Positions 37,642-50,089 of a stretch of DNA of 64,000 nt are shown in pieces. Within the stretch, counting starts at the first letter, position 1; each line of letters starts with the position of its first letter. Below the pieces are notes generated by a model. The model searched no databases, was not told the origin of the DNA, and saw nothing but the letters and a program-made list of their open reading frames with translations. Position numbers and translations under genes: made by a program. The DNA is from Azolla caroliniana. Taxonomy: Eukaryota > Plantae > Polypodiophyta. The stretch is taken from NCBI GenBank assembly GCA_043228905.1, contig JBHGNT010000002.1, positions 248,001 to 312,000 of the forward strand, read 5' to 3'.

Positions 37642-39533
37642 GAATTAGAATTAGAATTAGAATTTTTATCGTCCATAAAGAGGTCAATTTTGACCTATGG
37701 GACCAGAGTATACATGTGTTCTTGATATATGTCTCCTTCCTAAAGGGGTATTCATACATTGAAGCACAAAGTCTCTATGTGTGAATAAAGCATACACATG
37801 AGCTCAACCTTCTCAATGGTGTCTTATCTTAGTATGTCAGCATATCTTGAATGAATTGCATTATATGTCGAGCATGTGAGGAGCAAGTGACATTCATCCT
37901 CTACCATGCCTTCATTGCATACTTTGCATGTCTTCAAATTAGTTACATTTTGATACCATGATTCAACTTCAATACCTAACTTGTGAGATTGAGTGCAAAG
38001 TAGTGTAAGGGCTCTACGAGCATTACTACTCATATTGGTAATGAGATAAGGTTGGATACGATCAATAGGCATTCTTGCTTAATATTGAGACCAACATTGA
38101 GGATTGACATTTGCAATGTAGTATTCTAGCTTTGTCCTCTTAGGATCCTTAATGATTCCACCAACCTTTCCTCAATCATTACATACTACATAGCATTCCC
38201 CGAAAGCTCTAAAAGATCATCCAAACCCCATCTTCTAAACCATTTCCTTGTGTCAACAACCCAACTGGATGAGAGAATCTTACTTTTATGATTCTTTTGT
38301 AGCTTACATCCAACATTCCAAGCAAGACGTGGTAATCGATGATTCGGCATATTCTTGACTTTTGTAATGTATTTATATACTTTTTGGAGTGCCAATAGTT
38401 CTATGGGTCGAACACCTGTTTCCAAGAGCATAACCTGGTAAGAGGTAGTGCATTTAACTCCTAATTGCCTCATTAAAAACATCTTTTGAATTTTCTCAAT
38501 CTTATTCCATGCATTAAGAGAGATGGTGCCACCCCATACTTCTACTCCATAAAGCAATACTTGAGTTACCATGGCATTGAACAACATTAGTTTTACTTCC
38601 CATCCACAAGTATCACTTTCGTTGCATTGGTTCTCCAAAAGGTAATACGATTTCCAACTGGCTTGGAGCCTAGAATCAAAGCATGCACTCCATTTATTTG
38701 TGGCAGGTACATCAATACCAAGATATTTAAAGCCTTGAACAAATTGTATATGTTCACCTCTATATGTGAGCATAGGGTAATGATGAGGTTGGATGGATTG
38801 CACTACCATCATTTTTGTTTTCTCAACATTCACTACTGGTCCACTACTATGGCAAAATTCTTCTAATACCCCAAGTAAATTTTGCATACTATCAACATCA
38901 TATGAGAAGAGTACCACATCATCAGCATAGAGAAGCAATAAGATAACATGTTGCATTTGGGAGCATTCAATCCTTCTTCTCTTGCAACCTTATTTACCAC
39001 TTCTAATTTATTAATACATAAGCCAAAAAGTGTGGGTGATAGTGGGCATCCTTGCTTGATCCCCATGTTACTTAAAAAGTGCTTTGAGAATCCACTATCC
39101 ATTTTTAGTTGGCATTTAACTTGTTCATATAGGCATGCAACAGCAACTCAGTACTCTAATGGCATGTCAATCTCTACCATTCTATTCCATAGCTCACTTC
39201 GTGGTACGGTATCAAAAGCTTTCTTAAAATCAACAAAACAACAATAAAGTGTTTTTCCTTGTAGTCGACTGTCTTCCATGATTACTCTCAATGTGACCAA
39301 ATGATCCACAGTGGAGTGTTTTGGTCTAAATCCTGCTTGCCCAAGTGCGCTCTTTTGCTTGTACTTTTAGCTCATATGCTTATCTTTTGCTCCATAATAG
39401 TGCTATATAATTTAGCAATAGTTGAGCTCACCATTATTGTACGATAATTTGATACTTGATTCTTATCTTCGGCTTTAAATATTGGTTTAATCCGATTCAT
39501 AAGCCAATCATTTGGAAATCCTTGTTTTATAAC
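37642..39533 (-). mobile_element. 5'-truncated non-LTR retrotransposon (RTE/RTEX-like LINE), decayed
   Basis: GFPNDW…IKPIFK…NYRTIM, CFVDFKKAFDTV, GIKQGCPLSPTLF, LLYADDVV, FKYLG, C-terminal CKVC…EDECHLLLTC; 3' stem-loop AGGTCAA-TT-TTGACCT (37681-37696) and (AATTCT)n tail. Confidence 0.9.
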
Positions 39534-40149
39534 CCATCATTTGGAAATTTCTTATTGGTGGATAGGCAATGCCACATCCTTCTATTGATTGCATGTTCAA
39601 CACCACGTGTTGAAAAATAGTAAAACAATATAGATTATTCTTAATGTCAGCAAAATAAACTAAGAGAGATGACAAAAATAAGAAAGAAATCTTAGACAAG
39701 CAACCATACATTTGTACAATAAGTAGCCTGTCTGGAGAGAAAATACCTTCACAAGAGAATGTGCAGGTTAAATGGGACACGCACAATGGTTGCTCAAATA
39801 GAAATGTACATGCCAGCTAGTCAGATTATAGTTGTTAGTAACCATAGCGAAACATGTTGCAGAAACATTCCAAACCGATTAGCAATTAGTTGTGAGTCTC
39901 TAGATTTTACTAACTTACTCATTACATACAAGGATAATTGAAGGGTTTCTTAATCTAAAGAAGTTATTTCATTTGTTGAAGGGTTTTTATTATGACCTTC
40001 CACAATGGTAAAATGAAACAAGCTACAATGGCTCGATATGTGTATTGTTTGCAATTTCAACAATATATGGGCCTTTAGACTATTAGGAAGGCCAAGAATA
40101 ATGTCATGTTTCCGTACAAGCCCCATCATGTAATTACTAAGGAGACCCT

Positions 40150-41030
40150 CCCTTTTGTTTGTAGGAGTGTTAGGCGGGTGAGCGGATAACAACGGGAATT
40201 GAACAAGCCGATAGATCACCGACACCTAACCTATAGGTGGTTTGCGGGAATTGGGCCAGTTACCTCCTATAGAAATGCTTTGTTTGTTTGTCTTTTGGTA
40301 GGGACAGTCATTACGCGTAGCTTCGTTGGACAAATGGGTTTCCTCAAGATCACACAAAAAACCACCAAAACAATTATCCATTTGTCCTCCCAAGTCCAAA
40401 ACATGCGGTATCGATTGGACCATCACTTCAAACTCTAGAATGGATATCCATATTGCCATTCAACTCAAGATATCCACTATGTTGAGCAAGACATTGGGAT
40501 AGTGGCACCATAGGAGTCTGGGTGTCGCCTACTAAAAGTCTCAGTGGTATTCGTCAAGTAGAGGATTTTAAGAAAGGGGTACGTACAAGGCTATACCCAA
40601 TAGATACATGTGGAGCACACTTGAAGAGTGATGACACAAGCTTCACCCTTCCCGTATGTGTCAACAATATCATTATTCCAGCCATAATGGACAATCTTCA
40701 CAATGAGCAGAAAATAGAGGTGGATCAACGATGTGGAACCTTAAGAAGACCTTGTTACACAGGTGATTGAATAAGAGAAAGTCCCACATGTCCGGGTCAA
40801 AGGAAGGATGATGTCAACCTTGACAAGGTTGTAGCCTAGTGTAATGAACAACTGTGTTCACATTTCCTTGCACCAGCTCAGCCTCAGGATGCTGCATCCA
40901 AGAGAATATGAACAGTGTATCTTCGTCAAACAATGTGCATAGTTTGGAGCACTAGACCCTCCTTGGGGCCATTGGTATAACCCTTGGATGATCCTAGCTA
41001 ATCCTGGCCAGCTTGTCTCAAAGATTAAGG
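40150..41030 (-). mobile_element. Possible very old L1-type LINE fragment
   Basis: LFDEDTLFI (cf. LFADDTLLF) near 40910-40935 and LLTHTGRVKLVSSL (cf. LLSxAGRLxLIKSVL) near 40625-40670. Confidence 0.4.
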
Positions 41031-41864
41031 CACAGATGTGTACGCATAGACTCTCTTGTATTGTGCAATTGGAAATGGCTCTTTTAATCAGTTAAACTAT
41101 TGCTTTGAGCTATTCAAGGTGCAGGACACTTTACTTCCTGCTCAAACAGAATGGCATCTCTATTTGGAATAGGCTCAGCTGGTAAATCATAATCCATGAT
41201 AATTTTGGCAAGAAGTGGGCATTGATCCTGAAGTGACTGCCATAATTCTGATTATCTGAAAGTTTGAACAAAACCTGCATCTATCCATCATTCTCACTTA
41301 GATCCCCCAAAATTTGATAATCCCATGTGAGTAATCTAGGATATGTACACCTAGCTTCCCATTTCCTTTGTACAAGGGCCACAACATTCTTCCCTGATAC
41401 ATATATGTGAAGGTCAATGCCATATACTTAGTAAGAGCTCTTTTTCTCTAATAAAATTATATTGATCGGCGAAACACAAGAAATGCTAAACTGTAAATAC
41501 ACCACAGCCACAAAAAAGGATCATATCTGTTTTGAAACTATTAAACACAAGATTGCCAGGTTACCCACCATGCATTACAATGCAGTACAGGAAAGAATAC
41601 ATGTATTCAATTTGTGACAACCCACCTGCAAGACAAACACTATAATCTGCTTAGTGCTATGCATCTTCCCCGTCATGTTCATAATTTCTTTCGCTTTTAA
41701 ACACTGCCAAAAAAATGAAAGGAGTTAAACCATAAGAAAGTAAAGATGTGTCAAGGACCTCTATGAACCAAGCAGCAAGAACCCACCCTTCTTCCATTGA
41801 ATTGAAGAACAGCACTTCTTTCTGAGATCTCCTTGCCAACATCGAATTTTAACTTATTTTAATG

Positions 41865-44800
41865 TTATCTGAGTTGCAAGGTTTCCTCTGGCAATGACTG
41901 TGGCTTTGCCAGCTTAACATTAGAACCTCCATTCAAAGTGGCAGCAGAAGCTGCTGGTTTCCTTGCAGCTCGACCCCATTTGATAGCTGAGACCAGAGAA
42001 TCTCCTTGGGATCCCAGTCCTCTTCGACCAACTAGTTTAACTCCAAGATTTTCACATAAGAAGACTAACCGTGCCTTATCCCCTCCCCTAACCTCCATCA
42101 ATTCCAAAGCTTGTTGTCGAGATATCATTGTGTAAAGGTGGAGCTGCTGCTGCTGATACATCTGAATTTGTTGAAATAAAAGCCTTTGTGGTAAAGGAGG
42201 CTGATCATTCATCCCACTCTCATTGACCTTCTTCCTTGCACCCATACCAATCATCACCCGTAATAGCACATGTGACTTAAGCTCACTAGTTCGAGGATCA
42301 AAAAGTACAGCAAAGCTTCCGAATTCAAGATCAGGTTCTCTGAACAAGTCTGCCAAAAGTGTAGCATAAGCCTGTGTGTCCTTCAGGATTGCTCGTTCAA
42401 CTTTTGCAGGAACCAACCTGTTGGCAGCGTGCGCAGTTATGTTACCAGCCTCCCTTAAACCACTCAGCAATGCACCATGCATAGTTGCTGGGTACCTACG
42501 GTTTGTGGCCTCTCCAGCAAAAAATAGCCTCCCATCACCAACACTCTCCGCTAAAAGATCATAGTCATCCCCTGATGCACCAACAGCAACGTGAGAATAT
42601 GATCCAAAACTAAGAGGATCCCCTCCCCATCTCGTACATACTGTCTGGATAGGATCAGGAACACTAATTCCTTGAGGTTCATAAATGCCTGCCATTATGA
42701 TAGAACTTAGTTAAGTAACTAGGTGGTATCAATAAGGAATGTTCTGAAAAATTACAGTGACAACTTTGCCTACCTCTTAGAATCGTCAATACTCGTTGAA
42801 TTGCCTCTGCTGGATGCATTAGTTCGAAATTGATCGCTGCCTCCCCTGCAACAAGTGCGAGCAAAAGCGGCCCTCCTGATACAGCTGCATAACTATAGAA
42901 CAGAAAAAACTCACCCCTTCTCTCTGTGCTTTCAGCAAGGTGCCCAAAGGTATCAAGTTCAGAGCCCCAGAAAACTCTAGGAAAAAGCATGGCCACCTTG
43001 TTTAGCAATCCAAAACCAAGCCTTCGGATCGCATCAAGTTTTCTCTGTGGCAGCTCTGGCTCAAATTTAATCATCTTCTGCTTCAAAACCCCTAAGGGCA
43101 CCGTGCATAGAGCCATATCTCCTTCAAAAACTTGATTGGTTGTTATTACCTGTACACCACTACTGCCATAGCGAATTGTATGTACCTGTTTTCCGTAGAA
43201 GATAGGTATTCCTTCTGCAAGTGCGGAAACCAATCGCACATTACCTCCAGGAAGAAAGCAATGATCACCCCCCATCTCGTATGGATCATCCTGGTCCCAA
43301 AATGCAAGTGAAAGCTCTGACAGTAGTCCTGCATTTGCATACTCAAGATTTGCAAGGTGCCAATCAAACAACTGCCTTTCATCAAGAACTTCTGCAACCC
43401 CTGCGTCTTCACGCAAAGTCTCCAGAGTTTGTCCTAATGATATCCCTTCTGCAATCGGTCCCATCTGCTCTCTCAATTGGCTAGCTCTATCCAAAAGTTT
43501 GTTGAACTGGGACTCAACTTTAGCATCCACATCCACTGCCAAAGGTGACCCATCGGGTTGATAAAGGGGACATTTCTCTCTTATCTTGTGCAAGGGGATG
43601 GAAAGTTGCCTAGCAAGGACACCCAAAGGGTTTCCATGCAATCCAGTTATAACACTACCTCCAAGATCTGCAGCAGCCACCTGGCCCCCTCCTTCCATTT
43701 TCCTGGTGTAAACCCGCCCTCCAGGCCTGTTCCTTCCGTCTACAACAGCGACTCGATGCCCAAATGCCAATAGTTGTCTTGCAGCCGCAAGCCCTGCTAA
43801 TCCCGCCCCAATGATAACGATTGTGGACTTTGTTCCCTCTTCTGGTATGACTGCTTTCACTGCTGGTGACACTCCAAAATTGATATAACCATATGAAAAG
43901 AGAAATTTATAGGCTGCAGTTACTAGTAACTTATGTTGGCTTCGAATACTTTCCATAACTTGGGCTTGATCCAACCACGTGTTAACACTCTCTCGCCATC
44001 GAGCTAAGATATGGTTTCTTACTTCTATATAATTATCTTGTTCCACATCTCCAATTGTCTGCACAACTCCTGCTTCAATCTCTTCTTCTGTTAACGAATC
44101 TTTGGGAAACCCAATGGACGCAGCGATCATCGCTTCTTTTTCTTTGTTTTTATCAAGGTCCACTGATTTCTTCTTCTTACCTTTAGCTGGAGAAATCTCT
44201 GCACCTAGCTGAGATTGGATCATGACATCCATGAGATTCTCATCATAGCTCAAAGCCCTTGCTTGTTGCCGAAGGGCTCTTACATTCTTACTGCCTCCTC
44301 TGAGCCTCTCCTGTGTTCGTTTCCTTCTCTTCTTTGCGAAGCCATCAGGAACATACTCAGATACAAGAGTCCTCTTCTTTGCAAAACCCTCTATACTTTT
44401 CTTCTTTACAAAGCCCTCAGGGCCATCCTCAGATTCAATACGTTTCTTCTTTGCAAGGCCATCATCAGATTCTACACATTCTCTTTTTGCGAGACCATCC
44501 CCAAATTCTACTCTTTCTTTCTTTGAAAGGTCATTCTCAGATTTTAAACTTCCCTTCTCTGCAAATCCATCCACAGATTCCACACTTTCCTTCTTACCAA
44601 ATTGATCCTCAGTTTCCAAACTTTCCTTATTTTCAACTCTATACTCGGATTCCACGTTTTCATTCTTTTCAAATACATCATCGGTGGTCATGTTTTCTTT
44701 CATTTCAAATACATCCTCAAATTCAGGACGTTTCTTATTTGCAAGTCCATTCACGGAGTCTACAGAGTTCTGTATTGCGATAAGAGGAGGTTTTCCCACG

Positions 44801-44973
44801 GAAACACTAAACGAATCTGCTGCTCCTGTTTCAGTTATGTTAAGGGTACTCACAGGATTACGCGAGTTGACAGTATGCTCTGCTGCATTCTCTGAGACAC
44901 CCTTGTCAGTCATGGTTCTTTCATCTACGATGACCGTAACTTGAGGTCTGTCTATGGTTTCACCGTCTGGCAT
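41865..44973 (-). CDS. FLD: Lysine-specific histone demethylase 1 homolog of the FLOWERING LOCUS D type (SWIRM + FAD amine oxidase); exons 44973-42774 and 42688-41865, 1007 aa
   Basis: SWIRM ([17 protein letters not shown]…[12 protein letters not shown]…YGYINFG), [32 protein letters not shown], catalytic [29 protein letters not shown]-like tail [11 protein letters not shown]…EVRGGD…[12 protein letters not shown]; 85-bp phase-1 GT-AG intron. Confidence 0.93.
44332..44772 (-). repeat. In-frame 36-bp (12-aa) degenerate repeat, about 12 units, in the FLD N-terminus
   Basis: [12 protein letters not shown] / [12 protein letters not shown] / [12 protein letters not shown] etc., residues 68-214. Confidence 0.85.
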
Positions 44974-45064
44974 ATCTTACTCTGCCTTCTTTGTCTTCCA
45001 TGTACTTCCTCTCCTCCTTCTACTACAGAAGGATTCATCTTTCTTCAGGAGAAAAATCGTAAAC

Positions 45065-45422
45065 CTGAAGTAGACAAAGAAGAAACATCAAGAACAAGAA
45101 GAAGATGATGATGATGACCCTCTATAGTAAATAATAAGAAGGAAGACATATAAAGGAGCAAGAAGAAGAAGCCAATTACTCCATTGCAAGAAAGGAAAGC
45201 GAATTACTCCATTGCAAGAAGAAAGGGAGGTAGGAAGGAAAAAAACAAAAGAAATCACTCCATTGCAGAGACGGAAAAAAAGAATATAGTAGACAGGAGC
45301 AAAGAAAAACCATACCTGCTGTTTCGTCTTGCAGCTTTTTTTCCTGCTTATAAAGAAGGAAGTAAGAACGAAACAAGGAAAGAAGTCCGCATCAGAGAGA
45401 GAGAGAGAGAGAGAAGCCATAC
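45065..45422 (-). other. Probable 5' UTR intron(s) of FLD, with a possible mini-exon at ~45343-45316
   Basis: Donors CAG|GTATGG at 45423 and 45316; pyrimidine-rich acceptor TTCAG ending 45065. Confidence 0.55.
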
Positions 45423-47759
45423 CTGCTGCTGCTGCTGCTGCCGCTGTTTTGTGGCCGCGTGCAGTGCTCAGAAAAAACGATGGGATGGGCAAAGATCGAG
45501 AGAAAACGATAGGCTTCTCTCTGACCACAGTGAGTGCAGAAGAAGAAGAAGAAGGAGAAGAAGGAGGAGAAGAAATTTTTAGGTGTAAAAATTATAATGT
45601 AAAAGCAGGTAAGCACGCGTTTCTACTACCCTCCTCTTGAAATGTCATGATTTTGGCTTCTTTATGTTCTCTAAAGTGCCAATCAATAACTTTGGTCTAT
45701 GATGCAAGAAGAAATGTTCATTTGTATGCATCCTCGGAAGACATCATGGGACCAATGTAAAAAGATTTTCACGTACAACAGAATGTTAGTGACACCACGT
45801 TCAAGATTTTCCATAAATGCAACATTCACAACTGAATGCATCTTGTGTATAGGGGTATCTCAAGGTTGAGAGTGCAAGGCAAGCAGACTTGAAAGTGATT
45901 AACGGTAGACCTTTAAAAATAGAGTGTGATTTTTCACCTTGCTAAATTATTTGGGGTAAGATATGCATGCATACACATGTGTGTATATACATATATTAGT
46001 TTTGAATCATTTAAATCGTCCAACTCATCGATGCACTAGGTGACAATGGACATCCTTGCTTAACAAGGTGTTTCAATGTTCTGAACCATAAGTGTCCCTC
46101 CTTCATGCATACATATAAGTATGCATATTCTTGCATCTCTTCATTTGTAAATTAACCTTTGATATCGTATTTCTTAGCCTTAACTTGTCTCTTCTATACG
46201 AATATCAATTGGAGCTCAAACAATATTTATTTTTCCATTTGCTTGATGAATTCGTCCTCAACAATGTGATGAGAATGATCCAATGTGATTTTGTTGAATG
46301 GTTGGGCCTCACTTGAACTCCACCCAATTGTTGGGAGCATATTGTAACTCACTACTTTGCTCTTGTAAATTCACCAACACCATTGAATCAAAGCAATGGA
46401 CTTTGCCCGCTTCGTAGAATCCATTTTACCACATTTATTTGTTTTTAGATTTAGTAACTCCGTCAACTCCCATGTTGGCCATGTTGTGTCACCCATGGAA
46501 GCTACCTTCTGCCGAATGCGTATTTATAATGGCCGTATTCACATTATCCCATTAGACAAACTAGGATAGGTTATTTATGTAAATAACATAAAGGGCAATT
46601 GCCCTAGTTTGGTTAGTAGATAACCAGTTTGTAACCTAGTTTGTTAGATGATGTCATCATTCTTTCTGCCGTAACCATTTGAATAATATTGTTACATATT
46701 TCTGTGCCTCTTTATCTCTTTCTCCCCGTTAATATTCTTGATCTTGCAATTTGGCCTTAGTTCTATTATGTTCATCTTGTTTACATCATCAAATTGTTGT
46801 CCTTGAGTATACATACAGACAACCTTGTCCACAACACCTTCGACGAATGTCGTCATCCTCACGATCTCTTGTTGATCCTCATCTTCTTATCATCCTACTC
46901 ATGTTAGGTTCACAAGATGTCATGTAAAATTGTGAATGTGCATATTTGAGGGAATCACCATTATTTTGAGCCTACTGATAATAGAGAAGAAAGGAGTGAC
47001 TATAGAAATTAGACAAAAAGTAAGCCATCTAACTAAAGAAAAATAAAAAATGAGTTATATAAAACTTAAGAAGAGAATTCTCTATTAGACACCTCATATT
47101 TACAATAATAGAGATGGATTAACACCTTAAAAAGCTAGATTACCCTTAACCCTTAAACCCCTCTCTTTTCTTTTCAAGTGCATAGTGTGTCATTTGGCAC
47201 ATATTCTAACTTCATGCTCCCATAAGTGAATCCATAGCCCAAATTAACCTTTCCATACAAATTGTCCCAAGTACATTTCGATTTATTTAGCCATAATGCA
47301 CATTGTGTGACCAATAGATTCTAGATATCATGGATGGAAACTAGTGGAATTTCAAAATGAGAAAAGTTGTTTGAAATCTAACACTTGTCAATATTTCCGG
47401 TTCATACTTATAAAACCACGTTTTTATGGCGTTTCCTAATTATTAAGTAGTTTATATAATGTGTGACAACGGCATGGACATGTAATCCAAGGATTTGTCA
47501 TAAAATTGTATTGATTTATTTATTTTTCCAAAAAAAAACACTACTTCGCATTAGTTAGCAAACAGATTACATCATAGACCACCAAATTTTCAGCAACCCT
47601 CACTCTAGCCTTCTCACCAAAGTGGTCATAGTCCCCACCTCATTTTCAACAAAAGTATCCCAACAACTCCTATAACCTTGTAATTAATTTGTACCATATC
47701 TATACATATTTACATCACTTGGTCACTAATGGAAGCCATTGGCAGAAACAGCCATCGGG

Positions 47760-48440
47760 GTGCTTGGTAGTTCCATTCAGGCCCTGATGATGATCTGCTT
47801 CACCATTGGAGAACTACCCCATTTCAACAGGAACTTTGACTGAGCTCTTTCAGCTGCATCAAATTCCCCTTGAATTGAGTCGTACCGTCCCTGTAGCCAA
47901 GATACCAGCTCGAACCGAATATTTAGCAACAACTCACCACTAGGGAGGTTTTGCTGTTGAAAAACAAACTTACAACGTCTGGTCCAAATGTGCGAGACCA
48001 ATAAACAAGCCACCATCATCCATGTCTCTTCAAAAAATTATGACTTAGTGCCAAGTCGAACTCCAACACGTTGAAACACCTTGCCACCCTGCACTATAAA
48101 CCCATTATTTTGGGGGTTTAACTGTTCAGTCCAGCCTTCCCCTGTTAACTTCAGCCCCTATAAGGACCCGGATGCAACTCTCCCATTCACACCGCATGTT
48201 GCTACTATCCGAAGACTTCTACCCCAAATGCTAATAGCCTCTCTACAATTCCAAAAACAATGAGGGATTGATTCCAAAGGGTGTCCATATATCTTGCAAC
48301 CAGCCTCACCACCACGACACCTCAACCACTCCCCCATCGATATCGCTTTATGACTAAGAAGCTACAACCAAAGCTTTATTTTTTCTGGCATATCGAACAC
48401 CCATAGTCTCCTCCAAAGCGACTTCAACAAGTCATCAAAT
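47760..48440 (-). mobile_element. L1-type LINE 3' remnant (zf-RVT region)
   Basis: LWRRLWVFDMPEKIKLWL*LLSHKAI…CKIYGHPLESIPHCFWNCREA matches the zf-RVT pattern WxxxxPxKIKxFxW…CxxC…ExxxHxFxxC. Confidence 0.7.
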
Positions 48441-48884
48441 ATGCCTTTGATTAATTGAGATACCAATAGTCAAACCTGGGTTCAAGCTATATATTTAATC
48501 AATTTGTTAGTGGTCTATTGACGAACATCAATAATAATTGTTTGGCAATCATTGATGTTGTAGGTACTACCACACTACACAAAATATTATTTCCATGGAA
48601 ACCAAGCAAAACCAAGTGATTATAATTCTACTCCCTTTGAAACAATCTCCTTGAGTTCTTGGGCATTTCAAATAGGGCTAAATGGATATATCATATAATC
48701 ATGGCCCAAAATGCAGGTAACATCTTTTCAATTCTCAATACTGAAGTACATGCAAACCCTATTCAATTTATGTTAGGGATTTATTATTTGTTATCATAAG
48801 GTCAAAAGTTGAGTTGGCATAACTAGAGTTTGTTGAAGTGTACAAGATACTTATCTATCTTGAAGATAGATAAGTACTAGCAAT

Positions 48885-49354
48885 TAACAATGGGTATAGT
48901 TCAAATTCAATTCGGTTCGGTTTCTTTGCCTTTAAACTAAACCGAACCATTTATATAAAACAAAAATCAAACAAAACCATTTATGAACTCTCAAGCCATT
49001 TAAATCAAACCATCTAAGAAAAGGTAAACCAAACCATTTAAGGAAAAGTTGAAACTAAACCGAACCATTTAATAAAAAATTTAAACCTAACCATTTAAGT
49101 CAAACAAATTAAAAATTTAAAGAAATGAAAATACATTAATTAAACCATTAAATTAATAAACTATTAAGGTGAAAGAAAAAGGTAACCAAAAACCAATAAA
49201 CCTTTAAACCAAATCATTTAAACTTATAAACCAATCAACCCGAGTTTTAGAGCCAAACCAAACCAAACTATTAAATATTTTTGGAACCAATTAACCATTA
49301 AACCATGGCTTAAGAGTTTGGTTTAGGGTTTAGGGTAAATCTTGCCCATTGCTA
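48885..49354. mobile_element. Non-autonomous hAT-type MITE (470 bp) with 8-bp TSD CTAGCAAT
   Basis: TSD at 48877-48884 and 49355-49362; TIRs TAACAATGGGTA / TGCCCATTGCTA (10 of 12 match); many subterminal AAACC(G)AACC motifs. Confidence 0.88.
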
Positions 49355-49580
49355 CTAGCAATATCTTAAGTAAAGAAGGTATCTCATTTCCTAAGATGCC
49401 ATTTTATATATTTTTCATTAGACATCGACTTTTTACTTTCGAGAAGATATGTCAAGGATAAATAGCATTATGTGATGTTTCATAGGCTACATTGGCCATT
49501 AAGAAACACTAATGCATAGTTTTCTTTCTTTCTTCTTCTCTCTTACGGAATCTCATTATAATGCTGGATGGTGTCAGTAT

Positions 49581-49975
49581 AGTAATACACTAGCTTCATG
49601 TTCACAAGCTTATCTAGTCCCTTTGGTGCTGGACTTGACATCATGTGCGATCAGGAAGGCGAATGCTACGAAATCTTAGGACGGCTTTGGAATTTGTCAG
49701 CCTTTAATTTCATCTGCAGGCATGTCAGCAGCTGCATACATATTTGTCATGCAGACATACGCCGAAGTGCAATTTTCATCCAACATTACTGACTGCTCAA
49801 AGGCGCATCTTCCAATTTTCATGTTCACCCATTTGTGACAAGCACCTAATATGGTAAAAAATAATGGAAGATTCTCAAAAGTCGAAGTCTTTTCAAGAAA
49901 ATAATTAGCCTTGGCAAAATGTCCCACACAGACAAACAGAGCAGTCACCCAAGTGTAGTGTTCTAATGTTGGAGT
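49581..49975 (-). pseudogene. ~393-bp tandem duplicate of the PPR gene 3' end (S2-E1-E2, stop, 3' UTR)
   Basis: Aligns to 49973-50368; 3-bp AGT microhomology at the junction; scattered substitutions and one indel. Confidence 0.92.
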
Positions 49976-50089
49976 AATACACTAGCTTCATGTTCACAAG
50001 CTTATCTAGTCCCTTTGGTGCTGGACTTGACATCATGTGCGATCAGGAAGGCGAATGCCACGAAAACTTCAGGAAGGATTTGGAATTTG

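Noticed and set aside
35876-41703. U-to-C RNA editing rescuing TAA/TAG/TGA stops in the exon-like blocks
   Set aside because: U-to-C editing in ferns is known from organelles; C-to-T decay of methylated nuclear DNA or a wrong frame explains the stops more simply.
46480-46790. Solo LTR
   Set aside because: LTR-like composition and TG…CA candidates, but no matching TSD or partner copy in the window.
49322-49335. Interstitial telomere (TTTAGGG)2
   Set aside because: Only two units, lying within the MITE subterminal region.
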